From Eledone cirrhosa (Eukaryota), in the NCBI GenBank assembly GCA_964016885.1, contig OZ024740.1, forward strand, positions 237,584,001 to 237,648,000: a stretch of 64,000 nt of DNA. Reading direction: 5' to 3'. Both the position numbers and the translations under genes were made by a program. Below are positions 1 to 14,215 of the stretch, piece by piece. Within the stretch, counting starts at the first letter, position 1. Each line of letters opens with the position of its first letter. The notes beneath the pieces were generated by a model that did no database searches, was not told where the DNA came from, and was given only the letters and a program-made list of their open reading frames with translations.

Positions 1-1092
1 AAAGCCGCCATCTTGACATCTTCAAAAATTTTAGCAGGGAAAAGAAGGAAAAAAAAAATTTACATAATTGTTCTTAACAAAGGGTTCAGTTTTCTCTTAT
101 GTGATCGGTAAATGAAGCCATATCAGAAGAAAAAAGCGTGTTGTTTTCTATGAATTTTTTTTATATAATACCACTTCGTTTTTTTTTTCGGGGTCACCAC
201 TTTAGAAGAATGGTATTATAACAGATAATTGTTGTTGTAGAAATAACAAGAATGGCTTTTTGGTTTATATACAAAGGCTAACTTCATTGAAGTCAAAGAA
301 AGGACAATAAACATATTACCACAAGTTGTGAAGGTTGAACGATGAAATGGTGTAGTTGATTCATGAGGCTGTTGGTAGTAAAAAGAGTTGCTCTTAACAT
401 GTTCACTGGAGTAGGCTGATATTTGCATCCCACATGTCGTGGGTGAAGGCTGAAGTGGAGGAGGCGAAGTCGCCTCCGTTCCCCAGGGGTGCTGTGAGTG
501 GAAAAGAGAGAGAGCCCTCTGGCTGTCTCTCTATATAGTCCCCATGGGGACGTAACTCCATTTACTTCTGTTGTTGACACTAGGGGACACTACAGTCCCC
601 AAGGGACGTAATTCTCATGAGTTCTGGATTTCATCGCTAGGGGTCACTACATTTTAAACATTTATCTGCTAAAATAACAACTAAAAATTTGTTAATAAGT
701 ATCTAGTACATAGAAATCAAAGAATAGTTTGATGGATATATAAAGATTAGTGTATAAACAGAGTACTAACAAACTTGTGATTATTTCCATGTAAACAACA
801 CCTGAACATTTGTTTTAATATATATTTTTCTATTCTCTATAAAATAAATTGCCAGTCTGCACTGAGGTCAATTTAATGAACTTTTCCCTCTCCCCCAAAT
901 TGCTGGCCTTGTGCCTAAATAAAAAAACATTATGATAGGACTGGACTCTTATTAAAACATCCAAGAAACCTCCTATGTAATTCAACCTCATAGGAGGCCA
1001 CCTAAACCTATTCAAGTATGAGCTGTAATAATAACAACAAACCCATCCCATGACCTACCATAGCTACTATCCACTACCATTATATGACCACA

Positions 1093-1272
1093 GTGGATTG
1101 GCAGTATCGGTAGAGGGTCGGACGCCATGCTTTCCAGCATAGTTACGTCCCTTTACGGTCTGAGTTCAAATGCCGCCGAGGTTGACTTTGCCTTTCATCC
1201 TTACGGGGTCGATAAAATAAAGTACCAGTAATGCACTGGGTAATTGCTGGCCTTGTGCCTAAAGTAGAAACA
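1093..1272 (+). mobile_element. tRNA-derived SINE (family A, Meta-domain-like core)
   Basis: A-box-like TGGCAGTATCGG and B-box GAGTTCAAATGC; core GCCTTTCATCCTTACGGGGTCGATAAAATAAAGTACCAG; 14-bp TSD ATTATATGACCACA (1079-1092/1273-1286); further copies in the window. Confidence 0.85.
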
Positions 1273-1452
1273 ATTATATGACCACACCATCATCAAATGC
1301 TCTACAGTAGCTATTATCCATTATCATTGCTTAACTGTGACCCATCAGCTACCACTCCCTCATGACCCAAGCCCCCACCTGATCACTGTAGACAATAATT
1401 TTCATTATCATTTTGTCATTATCAAAAAATACAGCTACTATTCATGGTCATA

Positions 1453-2450
1453 ATATGACCATAGAACCATCCCCTTTCTCTACAATAGCTACCATCCAGT
1501 ACCATCATATATTCATACTTCCATCATCTCTCTCTCCACTCTCTACCATCCAATACCATCACATATCCATACAACCATCCCCTTTCTCTACAATAGCTAC
1601 CATCCACATCATATATTCATACTTCCATCATCTCTCTCTCCACTCTCTACCATCCAATACCATCACATATGACCATACAACCATCCCCCTTTCTCTACAA
1701 TAGCTACCATCCAGTACCATCATATATTCATACTTCCATCATCTCTCTCTCCACACCCTACCATCCAATACCATCACATATCCATACAACCATCCCCTTT
1801 CTCTACAATAGCTACCATCCAGTACCATCATATATTCATACTTCCATCATCTCTCTCTCCACTCTCTACCATCCAATACCATCACATATGACCATACAAC
1901 CATCCCCCTTTCTCTACAATAGCTACCATCCAGTACCATCATATATTCATACTTCCATCATCTCTCTCTCCACACCCTACCATCCAATACCATCACATAT
2001 CCATACAACCATCCCCTTTCTCTACAATAGCTACCATCCAGTACCATCATATATTCATACTTCCATCATCTCTCTCTCCACTCTCTACCATCCAGTACCA
2101 TCACATATGACCATAGAACCATCCCCTTTCTCTACAATAGCTACCATCCAGTACCATCATATATTCATACTTCCATCATCTCTCTCTCCACTCTCTACCA
2201 TCCAATACCATCACATATGACCATACAACCATCCCCTTTCTCTACAATAGCTACCATCCAGTACCATCATATATTCATACTTCCATCATCTCTCTCTCCA
2301 CTCTCTACCATCCAATACCATCACATATGACCATACAACCATCCCCTTTCTCTACAATAGCTACCATCCAGTACCATCACATATCCATACAAGCATCATC
2401 TCTCTCTCCACACTCTACCATCCAATACCATCACATATCCATACAACCAT
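1453..2450. repeat. Tandem minisatellite, ~110-bp unit, ~9 copies
   Basis: Unit ATATGACCATACAACCATCCCCTTTCTCTACAATAGCTACCATCCAGTACC...CCAATACCATCAC repeats head-to-tail; explains the repetitive ORFs 1413-2521. Confidence 0.95.
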
Positions 2451-2626
2451 CATCTACTTCAATTCTAATCCTCCCACTTCCATCTTGTGTTACGTACTGC
2501 CACCATCTATCTCTCCTGTAACTACCATCAACTACAATTTCAATGCCCACACCACTAATAACTACCTCTAATCTAGTTCCCATCCCCTACTATCACAAAA
2601 CCATGCCCAGGTAGAATCCTCTACAC

Positions 2627-3113
2627 CAGAGGTTCTCAAACTTTTTGGGCCACTGCCCCGGTCACAGCCACATAATACCCTCAGCGTATTTCCAGAGAGA
2701 CCTGCCTACATGCAAATTATAAATAATTGTTTCTACTTTAGGCACAAGGCCAGCAATAACCCAGTGCATTACTGGTACTTTATTTTATCGACCCCGTAAG
2801 GATGAAAGGCAAAGTCAACCTCGGTGGGATTTGAACTCAGACCGTAAAGGGACGTAACTATGCTGGAAAGCATGGCATCCGACCCTCTACCGATACTGCC
2901 AAATAAATAATATATAATAAATAAAATCGTTAATTTATATATAATAACTAATATAATATATACTATGTATAAATAAATATATATTTATCATTTTACTATA
3001 TATAATATGTGTCATTTGATATTTAATATACTATTATATCATCTCTCGCGCCCCCTTAGGCTACAGCCCCTTCCCCTCCCGAGAGGCTGTAGTACTCACT
3101 TTGAGAACCTCTG
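2627..3113. mobile_element. hAT (Charlie-like) non-autonomous DNA transposon/MITE with a nested SINE
   Basis: 14-bp TIRs CAGAGGTTCTCAAA (2627-2640) / TTTGAGAACCTCTG (3100-3113); 8-bp TSD CTCTACAC/CTCTACAA. Confidence 0.8.
2726..2902 (-). mobile_element. SINE family A copy nested in the MITE
   Basis: Reverse complement of 1098-1274, near identical. Confidence 0.85.
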
Positions 3114-3129
3114 CTCTACAAAGTCACTT

Positions 3130-3780
3130 GAGTTACTAAAAATAGCAACTTAAACTCCCTTAAATTAAACCTTACTCATAAAAAAAAGGTGGAATGGTCA
3201 CAGCTGGAATATTTTTGATTACAAGTCTGCCTGATTTGGGGGTAGACAACAACAGCTTCTACTCTGGTCATTACCTGACCCTACCACTATGTTTTGCCTC
3301 TTCCTCTAGGATAGTCTCTACATGGTTCTTTGATATGCTAGTAATAAAAACCTAATTTCCCTCAATTCACACATCTTCGAAAAATTAAGGACTCATTAGA
3401 TAATGATAAATCTCTATTATTTTAAGGAAGAAAAGAACGCATTGAACATGGAACATATTAAACAATGTAGTTTTAGATATATTTTTAAAAAGACAGAGTA
3501 TTCACTATTGGAATGCCTTTGACTTAATGTCTGTTTCATCAGTGTTCACTTGGGGCTAAACAACAACTTCAACTATAGCTAGCATCCACTACCATCACAT
3601 GCTAGAAATAGCAGTCAAATGTCCATTAAATCATACCCTAATGTCTATAAAAATGAGGGGCACATTAAATAAAAGAATTCTCAATGCGCTCCGTTTGAAT
3701 AGATATAATAGTCACAGCTGGAGCAACTTTGATCATAGATTTGCTATATTGGTGACTGATCTGTGGCTAAACAACAACTA
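3130..3780 (-). mobile_element. Three decayed copies of an old SINE/LINE-tail family ending GGGGCTAAACAACAAC
   Basis: Recurrent GGTCACAGCTGGAAT...GGGCTAAACAACAAC ends at ~3255, ~3570 and ~3780; related copies at ~8600-8810, 20610-20820, 21765-21860, 23840-24000. Confidence 0.55.
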
Positions 3781-4542
3781 ACAATGTATAATTACCAAAA
3801 AGAAATATTCTATACTAGAGCATCTTCAGATTTATTTGATTGTTTCATTCAATTTTATTTTTATTCAATTTTCTATAATGAATTAGTTAATTTGAAATGA
3901 GTAAAATACTTTACAATACTTTTTACATAAACAAGTTAATATTACACTTGTAATTATATAGTATATTATATATTATATTATATTATATATTATATTAGAG
4001 TAATATGCTCTGCACCATTTATGTCTTTACTAGGAAATTTAGCTCTTTTCCTATTAGTAGCTCATATTTTTCTATTTCTTTTCCAATCTGCAAGCTTTAG
4101 TTGTTAACAAAAGGAACACGGTACATCACACAAATTCATTTTCTTTTCTTAATAAATCTGAGATATGACAGCAGCTATGTATCAAATGAATTATTATATA
4201 ATAAAATAGGGAATTGGTATCTCATTGTCAGTGGATTTCCTCTTTATGTTTATTTTGACAAGCAGCAGATAGTACTCATAACCTTGTCGTGTTTAATATA
4301 GTGAGAAAAAAAGAGGAGGTTTTATCTTAGAATTGTTTATTCATAGTTCGAAGATTATATGACAGTTGCCAACTTCTGAATAGGAATCTGAAAACATTCA
4401 GCTGCTTTGTTTTCTATATCACTTTCAATTCATTTGTTCTATGTTTATATGAGTTGGATAGATATGAACATTTTAGATATTTATATGAGTTGTTGGAGCA
4501 ATGAGTGCACAACCACCATCATCATCATCATCATCATCATTT

Positions 4543-4719
4543 AATTGTTTCTACTTTTGGCACAAGGCCAGGAATTACCCAGTACATTACTGGTACTTTA
4601 TTTTATCGACCCCGTAAGGATGAAAGCAAAGTTAACCTCGGCGGGATTTGAACTCAGATCGTAAAGGGACGTAACTATGCTGGGAAGCATGTCTGACCCT
4701 CTACCGATACTGCCAATCC
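4543..4719 (-). mobile_element. SINE family A copy
   Basis: Reverse complement match to 1093-1272. Confidence 0.85.
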
Positions 4720-5454
4720 TGCTAGCAGGGGTTAGGCAGATCTTCACAGACTAAGTCAATTCTGAAGTGAGGCTACTGATCTTCCAGTCAGGCAGGAGGT
4801 TTGCAACTTGCTTACATATGGTACCATGTTCTACTAGGTGCATTTTATCCTAGCACTAGCACATGAAAAGTTGTTGTGTCTTTGACACAACTGAAAGATC
4901 CTCCCAACCCTTTGTTTGGCAAGATTTCTATGGCTGGATGCTTTTCCTATATCACTAACCACTTCACACTGTCTACTGGATGCATTTATCATGTAAATCA
5001 TCAACATTAATGGGGTTGTCATGTACCTGACACAAGTGATGGGTCCTCCCAAACCTTTCTTTGTCAAGGTTTCTGTAGCTGGGTGTCCTTCCTAACACCA
5101 ACCACTTTAGAGCATGCACTGTGTTTACCCTGTAGATCACCAATACTATAGAGGTTATCATGCTGTTGACATAACTGATGTGTCCTCTCAACCCTTTTGA
5201 CATGGTTTCTACAATGGGGTGCCCTTTTTATAGCCAACCACCTTACAGATGCATTTTTGTGGCCTCAACACTAAAGAGCTTGTTAGTTATTGTCCCAACT
5301 GAAGAGTCCTCACTGCAAGAGGAGGAGGAGAGAGGTAAGTATAAAGTTATGGATGTATGGCAAGTGTAGTGAAATTTGATGAGTAGGAGGGAAGGGGTGA
5401 CTCTTGATAGATTAGGAGGAGGAGTACAAGGACTTTAAATAACCATCCAAGCAT

Positions 5455-6330
5455 CTACTTTTACTGTAAACCAAACAAGACATTAGACTACATCAATAGA
5501 AAATCAAACCACCCGAGGGCTATTACCAACAATTTGGTTAAAAACGTCTCCTTGTGAATTTTCCACCTATCAGTTAGCACAGGGATCTTTACTGAGAACA
5601 CTCTTTACTATAAAGGAGTCTTAAAGCAGAACAGATTAAATGAGAAATTATCATACTTCCCTCAAACTAATAGAGGGTCCAGCAGGCACACTCATTCCCA
5701 GAAAATTACCTGGCTCAACCTTCCAGGCAATGCTGAGGTTACCACATCAATAGCGAAGACATTCTTCTCATTCCTTAAAAGACACTTCTCTCTTCAACAT
5801 CGTTATAAGATATTCATTAGAAACATCATTAAACTCTTCTACAGTACCACTCCTAACTTTGCACAAGATATCACTTCATCAAACAGCCAAACTCAACTCT
5901 AGTAGAACACACAGAGACCAGGACATAAACATAACAAGGTAATGTATCTGCTCTAATCAAAACCACTGCCCAGTTACCACCCAATGTCATAACAAAAACT
6001 TTGTATACAAATGTAATATTATCAACAACCACTCTAACTATGATTCTACCAACATCAGAACAGATTTTGTAACCCAGTGCAGAAAAATGCCATGACACTT
6101 TCAATCTACATATAGCATTTGTGCAAAAAAAACACCAAAAAACCTCTTTTGAGGTGCAATGGAGCATCTTAACCAAGGCTAAATCTTACACGATGCTATC
6201 CAGGCAACCTTTGCTCCAAAGAGACCATAAATACAATATTCCCCAATGAACCACTCTTGAACCAACTTGTCCCATTGTGTAGATACAGGTTATACAAAAC
6301 ATGCCTCAACCATACACCTGCACATGGCCC
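5455..6330 (+). pseudogene. Penelope-like retroelement remnant (RT thumb, linker, GIY-YIG region)
   Basis: Manual translation gives FYCKPNKTLDYINRKSNHP, KITWLNLPGNAEVTTSIAKTFFSFLKRHF...KIFIRNIIKLFYSTTPN, CICSNQNHCPVTTQCHNKNFVYKCNI and VQWSILTKAKSY...NLCSKE; frameshifted; not in the ORF track. Confidence 0.8.
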
Positions 6331-7249
6331 TGGAGAGTAAGATACTTTGTTACTATTATAGACACACAACAAACTTTTATACACCCTAAGCCTATAACCT
6401 ATACCAGTTATAACACATGCACCAACATACAATATACTACATGTATACTCAACATTAGGAACAACACATAAGTGAAAGCCCCACCCCACTACAATTATCT
6501 CTACACATAAGAAAGACGAATACCCCCCCCCCCCCCATACACACATGCACACACACACACACATAACACTGCATTAATACACCAAACACAATGTGAAAAG
6601 CATTTCTGTAGACTAATGCATACATGATGATAAATATACTGATACCACATCATTAAGAACCAATATTTACACCCTTTTGCACTAGCTAATGAAATAATAC
6701 ACACAACCAAATGCGTACACCATACACTCACAATACAACTGTAATAACATATATTTATGGCATAAATAATCTACCTAACACAGAGAACAACCACATTAAG
6801 CAATGCCAACACAACACCTACACCCAATAACACCCACAAAACATACATCTACATAGAAATTGCTTATATTTTTCTTCTGTCCCAACATCAATCAAAAAAC
6901 AATGACAACCACTTAAACCTACCCACTACAACAAACACACAGACACTAGCCAACCAAGGCAATGATGCAACTACATTAGCACCATAACAGTGCCACAGAC
7001 TCATAAAAAAAAAAAAAAATGAGTAGCCTCTACCTCTGCTTCCATTAAATAACTTTTAACCACACTAACTATATGACTGCCTAGCATCTATTGACCCCTT
7101 GACTGTTCCAATTCCATTCTACTTTTATTTTGATTTATATTTTTACTTTGGCTTCATTGTCACTTTCCTCTTTCACTCCTCCAAAATATGCACCATCACC
7201 AAATAAAGAATGGAGAGAGCTCTTCAGTTGTGTCAAAAGCATGACATCC

Positions 7250-7605
7250 TTCCTAGGGCTGGTGCCATGATAAAATGCACCCAATACACTCTGTAAAAAA
7301 TAAAAAAATGTATGTAAATGAGATGCAGCCCTCGAGTCGTCTGAGAGGTTAGTAGTTCAAATTATGTATTCGTGTGGTCGGTGATGCCCCAGTGGCGATG
7401 CCACAATAAAATGAATTCACTTACACATCTTGAAGTGGTTGGCAGTAGGAAGGGCATCCTACCATAGAAACCATGCCAGAATGGAATGTATGAGGGAGAT
7501 GTGGTCATCTGATCTGTCTGGCTTCTGAACATAACATCCACACTAACCCATGCAAGGATGGAAAACATGTAGAATAATGATGATGATGATGATGATGATG
7601 ATGAT
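7250..7605 (+). mobile_element. Decayed RTE-tail/Nin-like SINE with (GAT)n tail
   Basis: GGTTGGCAGTAGGAAGGGCATCC motif; ACCCATGCAAGGATGGAAAA followed by (TGA)n. Confidence 0.6.
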
Positions 7606-7832
7606 AGTGATAGGGATACACATACATGTGTGTATATTCTTGGTTAGCCATATTCTGTAGAGCTCCCTCCAAAGACATTTAGCCAGGGCTATCTCATCAT
7701 TACATTCAAGTATATAGCCTGATGTTATCCAACGTGTCTTATCTTTTTAAGGCAGTAGAGTATGCTTTGAGGGTAATTCAGTAACTATTTCTATTAGGTC
7801 GAGGGACCATATTACAGGTTTCTTCATTGTTC

Positions 7833-7835
<3 letters not shown>

Positions 7836-7910
<75 letters not shown>

Positions 7911-7916
7911 GTGTGT
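7836..7916. repeat. (TG)n microsatellite
   Basis: About 40 TG units; one of many TA/TG/TC/GAT tracts. Confidence 0.95.
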
Positions 7917-8939
7917 AGGGTGAAAAAATGTTTTTTAACCTAACAGATTTATCATGTAAAATGTCTTTTGTATAATCCTGCATTATGCCACTGACAAATT
8001 CACATGTGTTGACAAGCCAATGAGGGAACTTCTATGTGGTTGCTTGGCATGCTAAAAATATCTGCCTAATCTCCATCAAATCATAGTCTACATAGAATAT
8101 TGCATATTTACAAAATATATTTAAAAAAACAATTCTGCAAGGAAATGCAAAAAAACTCATTTGTAGACTAGAATACATTGCAAGAAATTCCATTAAATCC
8201 AAAATGAAAATATGGACAGTAGACATAAATTTTTTCCACAACAATTTGTTGGAGAAATCAGAAGAATCTGAGGAGACATGATGACAATAAATACTCATGT
8301 CTGTAGAATATACACAAGTTGTTAACTTTATTCCAATGATTGAATTATCTGTAGCTACTTCATCACTCTCTCTGGCGCCATCACACAGAGGCTTATGGAA
8401 AATGTTGAAATTAAATAATCAAAAGACATTAAGCTTTATGGCAAATTCAATATTGATTTTAGTTTTTGGAACAAGACGATGCAGAGTGTTCTGTTGTCAA
8501 AGAATTTCTCTAAAGTAGGAAGGAAGTTATCAAATAGAAAAGGTCCAAAGGAAAGAAAAGTGGATGGACAAATTTATTAGTAAAAGTATATATATATTTA
8601 TTTGTTGTTATTTAGCCCCAGGTCATCTCTGATTGAGTAGTCATATGACCAAAAGCAAATCTTCTGGGTTTTTATTTTCAAACATGATGCGCCTTTGATT
8701 ACATTACTTTATATAATAAGTCCTTCCACCTTTTCTAACAGAAGGGTGTGGTTTGAAGAAGATTTGTCTGGTGTTTCTAGTAGGTCGAGCAACTATGTAG
8801 AGGCTCCTGTTATGTATTACTAGACCACCAGTGACACGCTGGGTCACGTTCACTTTAAAATAATTTTTAAATAATTAAAATATACACAGACTTGTATATA
8901 ATGTAAAATGAAATTGGAAGGCCCATATATATATATAAT

Positions 8940-9070
8940 CCCTGATGATTTCTAAAGAATGAAACAGTTCTAGTCCTGTAGAATCTCATCTATATTAAAA
9001 CTGTTATACTCTTCAATGTATTGAGTACCTTACTTACTGTCGTTACCTCCGACTCAACCCGGAATAACGT
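8940..9070 (+). mobile_element. Short TA-inserted repeat with a partial hammerhead-like motif (family also at 26090-26262, 48900-49005, 55145-55345)
   Basis: CTGATGA...GAAACAGTTCTAGTCCTGTAG; shared ACTCT.C..ATGTATTGAGTACCTT tail; microsatellite flanks; stem I not paired. Confidence 0.55.
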
Positions 9071-9090
9071 ATATATATATATATATATAT

Positions 9091-9140
<50 letters not shown>

Positions 9141-9288
9141 GAAAACGAAAAATCAGTGATTCTTCTGAACTCAGTTTATTGTGTGTTACAATTCTATCAT
9201 ACTCTGCTCTGTAAGAGCATAGAGTGTTCAACCGGCATACCACTTATGGAAGCATCGTAGCTACCATAAGACACACACACACACACAG

Positions 9289-9344
<56 letters not shown>

Positions 9345-9345
9345 C

Positions 9346-10004
9346 CAGTAACTTGGAGTTACTGCGGGTTCACTCGGGAGAGCACTCGATGTTTAGGTTC
9401 ACTTCTGTGATGAGGTGTAGAGCTATACAGAGTGTAATATATTGAAAGGATAACAAGGACGACTGATTATTCCTTCATTGCATTTATTGATAGGTGACGC
9501 GCGTTTCGCCACTGATCAGCTCAAGGTTCGAACTGTATCGATACTACCCGACTCAACAATCGGCGGCACGACGGACCCTTTTAAAATGCTATAAGAAAAT
9601 GAAATACATGCTATGTGGTAAAGTCAGAATTTCAAGAGTTTGACAAAATGAGTTGTTTTGATTGGTGGGAAGGATTAAGGTGGTGTACTGGCTTGTAGTG
9701 TATGTGGGGTGGATGTGATGGTGAGATGTTGGTGACGGTCGGTGGATGTGATGAGCTGTGGTGTGGTGGTGGCGGGTTGGCCTTGGCCTGTAGTGTATGT
9801 GGGGGTGGATGTGATGATAAGATGGTGGTTATGGTCGCTTACTGGGATGGGCTGTGGTGTGAGGTTAGTGGGTTGTCGGTAGACGGGTTGGCGTGTGTGG
9901 GGTGTGGTTGTGGTGTTGTTGTTTATGGTAGTGGCGTTTGTGGTGGTGTGGTGGATGTGTTGGTGGTGTCGAGTCCTTGGGGAGATACACAGCTAGACGC
10001 TCTT
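9346..10004 (-). mobile_element. Penelope-type 3' terminal region, inverted copy of 13440-14466 plus an extra ~90-nt tail
   Basis: Reverse complement of 13440-14466 (~95% identical where compared, fewer 90-bp units); same family as 47601-47998. Confidence 0.75.
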
Positions 10005-10263
10005 AGCCGATTTGATCTGGGACCTCAAGGACAGGAATATTGAACCCCAGATCTCGTGGTCAGTGAAAAGACGCGTGGCACAACTCCCCAGTGAGAGAAA
10101 CCACTGCAGGTTATGCCTGGCTGAGGCGGCGGAAATAATTAAATTAAAATCTGCCATAAACTATAGGTCGGACATAATTGTCAATTGCAGACACACCAGG
10201 CTGAACACATTTTCCGCACAAACATTCGGAGGATGGCCGCACACTAACCACGACCCAGCATAA
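9997..10263 (+). pseudogene. Penelope-like GIY-YIG endonuclease C-terminal fragment
   Basis: TLLADLIWDLKDRNIEPQISWSVKRR...CRLCLAEAAEII...INYRSDIIVNCRH matches the PLE IW.LK...I.W...CxLCL.E...N.R.E...CRH pattern. Confidence 0.8.
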
Positions 10264-11170
10264 TAATAACCACCTCTGCCCCGTCTAACCATCGCCCATG
10301 TCAGCGAATTTATTTTATTGTACTGCATGTAACCATTTGTAAGCCCGTATTTTGTATATCATGCCACATATATCACCCCCACCAAAAACCACATCGCCAT
10401 ACACCCCTCATCCTTGCAACATTGTGTTCTATCTGTCCTCCCTGACAGGTTTTACTTTACAAACCATAGTAACATCTGATCCTGTAAATACAAAGTCGAT
10501 CATATCACACCATCGCCACCACCACCACACCACACATCGTCATATGTCTGCCATCCACACCTACAACCTTATCCCAACATGTTCCCTCTGTCTACCCTAA
10601 CCTACAACCCCACGCTAAATTCGACCCTGTAAATGTACTGTCGCGCGCACACAACCACCGCCACCACTAGATACATCCACATACTTCAACAATCATTAAC
10701 ATCATTAACATCATCAACACATATCATCCCTCACTCCCAGATCGATTGTATTATATCCGCCCCACCCCACCACACCCCACCCTATCTGCCTTACCCTGTA
10801 ACACACCGTAACTTCTGATCATGTAATCATTTGTCTAACATATCACCCCAGCCCCACCACCACCACCACCATCACTACAACAAACATCGCTATACGTCCA
10901 TAAACTCTTTTCCCCCACGTTCCCTATGTCACCTTTTAACCTGTAACCCATCGCACTATTCGATCCTCTATAATTTTGTCGCTCACAACACCACCACCAC
11001 AAGACACAACTCCATACTTCATCAACACCGCCAACACATACCTCCCCTCTCGAACCAACGCAAGTGTGTCTGTCTGTGTGTAAGTATTTTTTACATATAC
11101 GTGTGTATAAATATGCGTGCATCTATGCATATATATGTGTATATATGTATTTATATATATATATATATAT

Positions 11171-11710
11171 ATATTGTTATAATTGGGGAGGGTCATATTT
11201 GTGTAATATTGCCAGAATTAATAACAGAACACACTCACTGTTTGGTTGGTTTTCGCTTTTCGCTTCTGTGTCTTTTATATCGGTAATCTAATTTATTCGG
11301 TCCTCAATGTTGCCATTGACTGACCAACGGTCAAAAATACAGATACGATATAGACACAAACACATATATATAGTTTATCAAAGTTCTTTCGTTGCACATC
11401 CGCAACATCGTCATGGCAATAGCACCACTGACGATGTTGCAGATGTGCAACGAAAGAACTTTAATAAACCATATATGTGTTTGTGTCTATATTGTATCTG
11501 TATTTTTGACCGTTGGTCAGTCAATGGCAACATTGAGGACCGAATAAATTAGATTACCGATATAAAAGACACAGAAGCGAAAAGCGAAAACCAACCAAAC
11601 AGTGAGTGTGTTCTGTTATTAATTCTGGCAATATTACACAAATATGACCCTTCCCAAGTATAACAATATTTGTTTTGACACACGATTTCATATCAAAAAC
11701 CTCGCAAAAC
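11171..11710. repeat. Long palindrome (~240-bp arms, 15-nt loop) with a 40-nt unique tail, between (TA)n tracts
   Basis: 11171-11413 is the reverse complement of 11429-11669; right arm starts with CTGACGA-TGTTGCAGATGTGCAAC-GAAA. Confidence 0.95.
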
Positions 11711-11949
11711 TATATATATATATATATATCTCTTCTCAACATATACATGTACTATTAATAACCTTAAATGTCACACTAATAATGGATAGATATGCTGATA
11801 AGAATAGGTGCGAATATGCTATAATGAATATGTCTAAAAACAACCATATGTATGTATATCTGTGAAAATGTATATAAATAAGTAAATAAGTGGGTGAGTG
11901 TATATATATATATATGATTGATGTGTATAATTAAATGTATGTGTATTCA

Positions 11950-12036
<87 letters not shown>

Positions 12037-12630
12037 GGACAAGAGTGTGTATGTATATATGTGTGTGTCTATATGTGTGTATATGAAGATAAGTAGAGTA
12101 TGAAAGTGTATATACATGAATGCATATGTATGTACATATATATATGTATATATATATATATATATATATACATATATGTACAGGTATATATGTATGTAAG
12201 TATGAGCATGTAAGGATGTGTATGTGAATGTATGTATTTGTAGAGGTGTACATATATGTATGTGTGTGAATGTGTATGTTTTTTAAAAAAATAAGTATAT
12301 ATACGCATATATTTATGTGTGGGCGATCAGATACGTACACTTGAAAGACAAATTTAAGTCTGTATGTGAATTAAGTGCAAACACAAAACCAACCATACAT
12401 ATCTTTACTATCTCTAATCCTTCTATAGATTTAGTAAAATAACCAATACAACCAACGCCAAATAATGAATATTCTATAAAAATGTCAAACTCAACTAACA
12501 AAATAACAGATGGGAATCTAATTACCCACTGCTATCAAAAATTTCTATCCGCTCCCTTAACTATTCTTCTAACAACTTCACTCCTCCCTCTTAATATTCT
12601 CTATAAAAACCAAACAAGTTCTCAATGATA

Positions 12631-12944
12631 TTATTCTGATGAAATGGTAGTTGAAAATAACTGTTTCTACGTTTGGCACAAAGCCAGCAATTACCCAGTG
12701 CATTACTGGTACTTTATTTTATCGACCCCGTAAGGATGAAAGGCAAAGTTAACCTCGGCGGGATTTGAACTCAGAATGGCAAGGGCCGTAACTCTTTGCG
12801 TCAAAGCATGGCGTCCGACCCTCTACCGATACTGCCAATGGTAGTTGAAAATAACACTGAAATATTGAGTGTCTGCATAATTAATACTTTGTAGATAGCA
12901 GATGTTTTCAGGTTATAAACTGTTATTGAAACACGTGTCAATAA
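12631..12944 (+). ncRNA. Hammerhead ribozyme motif with long stem II, interrupted by a SINE
   Basis: TTATT-CTGATGA-AATGGTAGTT...AACTGTTATT-GAAAC-ACGT-GTC-AATAA; stems I and II pair. Confidence 0.7.
12662..12836 (-). mobile_element. SINE family A copy with 19-bp TSD
   Basis: TSD AATGGTAGTTGAAAATAAC at 12643-12661 and 12837-12855. Confidence 0.9.
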
Positions 12945-13589
12945 ATTCCTTTTACTGAACTGTATCCATTTAAATCCTTCTCTCTCTCTCTATATATATA
13001 TATGTGTGTGTGTATGTGTGCGTATATGTGCATGTGTGTGTATGTGTGTGTATACGTGTGTGTGTCTGTGTGTATGTGTATGTTTATGTATTCGTGTGTG
13101 TGCGTGTATGTGCGCATATCCGTATGTGTGTATGAGTGTATGTATGTGTATGTCTATATGTATAACACCATCTCCATTAGCTCTCACCTTCCCTTCAACT
13201 TTGCCTACGCCACCCCCACCGATACTCCCCCACTCTCCCTATATGTGTCCGCACGCGCGCATGCACATACATGTGTGTATATATGCATATGGGTGTGTAT
13301 GTGTGTGTGTGGATATGTGTGGGCGTGGGAGTGTGTGTGTGTGTATGTGGGTGTGTTCGTGTGTATATATATCAGTATATATGCGCATGTATACATATAT
13401 GTATATATATATATATTCATACAACGTATTTGTCAGACGAAGAGCGTCTAGCTATGTATCTCCGTAAAGACTCGACACCACCAACACATCCACCACACTA
13501 CCACACCACCACAAACGCCACTACCATAAACAACAACACCACAACCACACCCCGCACACGCCAACCTGTCTACCAACAACCCACTAACC

Positions 13590-14215
13590 TCACACCACAA
13601 CCCATCCCAGTAAGCGACCATAACCACCATCATATCATCACATCCACCCCCACATACACTACAGGCCAAGGTCAACCCGCCACCGCAACACCACAGCCCA
13701 TCACATCCAGCGACCGTCACCAACATTTCACCATCACATCCACCCCCACATACACTACAGGCCAAGGCCAGCCCGCCACCACCACACCACAGCCCATCGC
13801 AGCCAGCGACCGTCACCAACATTTCACCATCACATCCACCCCCACATACACTACAGGCCAAGGTCAACCCGCCATCACCACACCACAGCCCATCACATCC
13901 AGCGACCGTCACCAACATTTCACCATCACATCCACCCCTACATCCACTACAGGCCAAGGCCAGCCCGCCACCACCACACCACAGCCCATCACATCCAGCG
14001 ACCGTCACCAACATTTCACCATCACATCCACCCCCACATACACTACAGGCCAAGGCCAACCCGCCATCACCACACCACAGCCCATCACATCCAGCGACCG
14101 TCACCAACATTTCACCATCACATCCACCCCCACATACACTACAGGCCAAAACCATCCCGCCACCACCACACCACAGCCCATCACATCCAGTGACCGTCTC
14201 CACATACACTACAAG
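13590..14215 (+). repeat. 90-bp tandem repeat (~7 units) inside the Penelope-type region; reads as a Thr/Pro-rich ORF
   Basis: 30-aa unit TTPQPITSSDRHQHFTITSTPTYTTGQGQPA in ORF 13271-14275; only ~2 units in the inverted copy at 9700-9870. Confidence 0.9.

Noticed and set aside
1-660. Short repeated motifs (GGGGACGTAA, TAGGGG.CACTAC) suggesting a DNA transposon end
   Set aside because: No matching TIR or TSD pair or coding remnant could be established within the window
1413-2521. Repetitive ORFs or a CRISPR-like array
   Set aside because: Simple ~110-bp tandem minisatellite with no unique spacers, in a eukaryotic context
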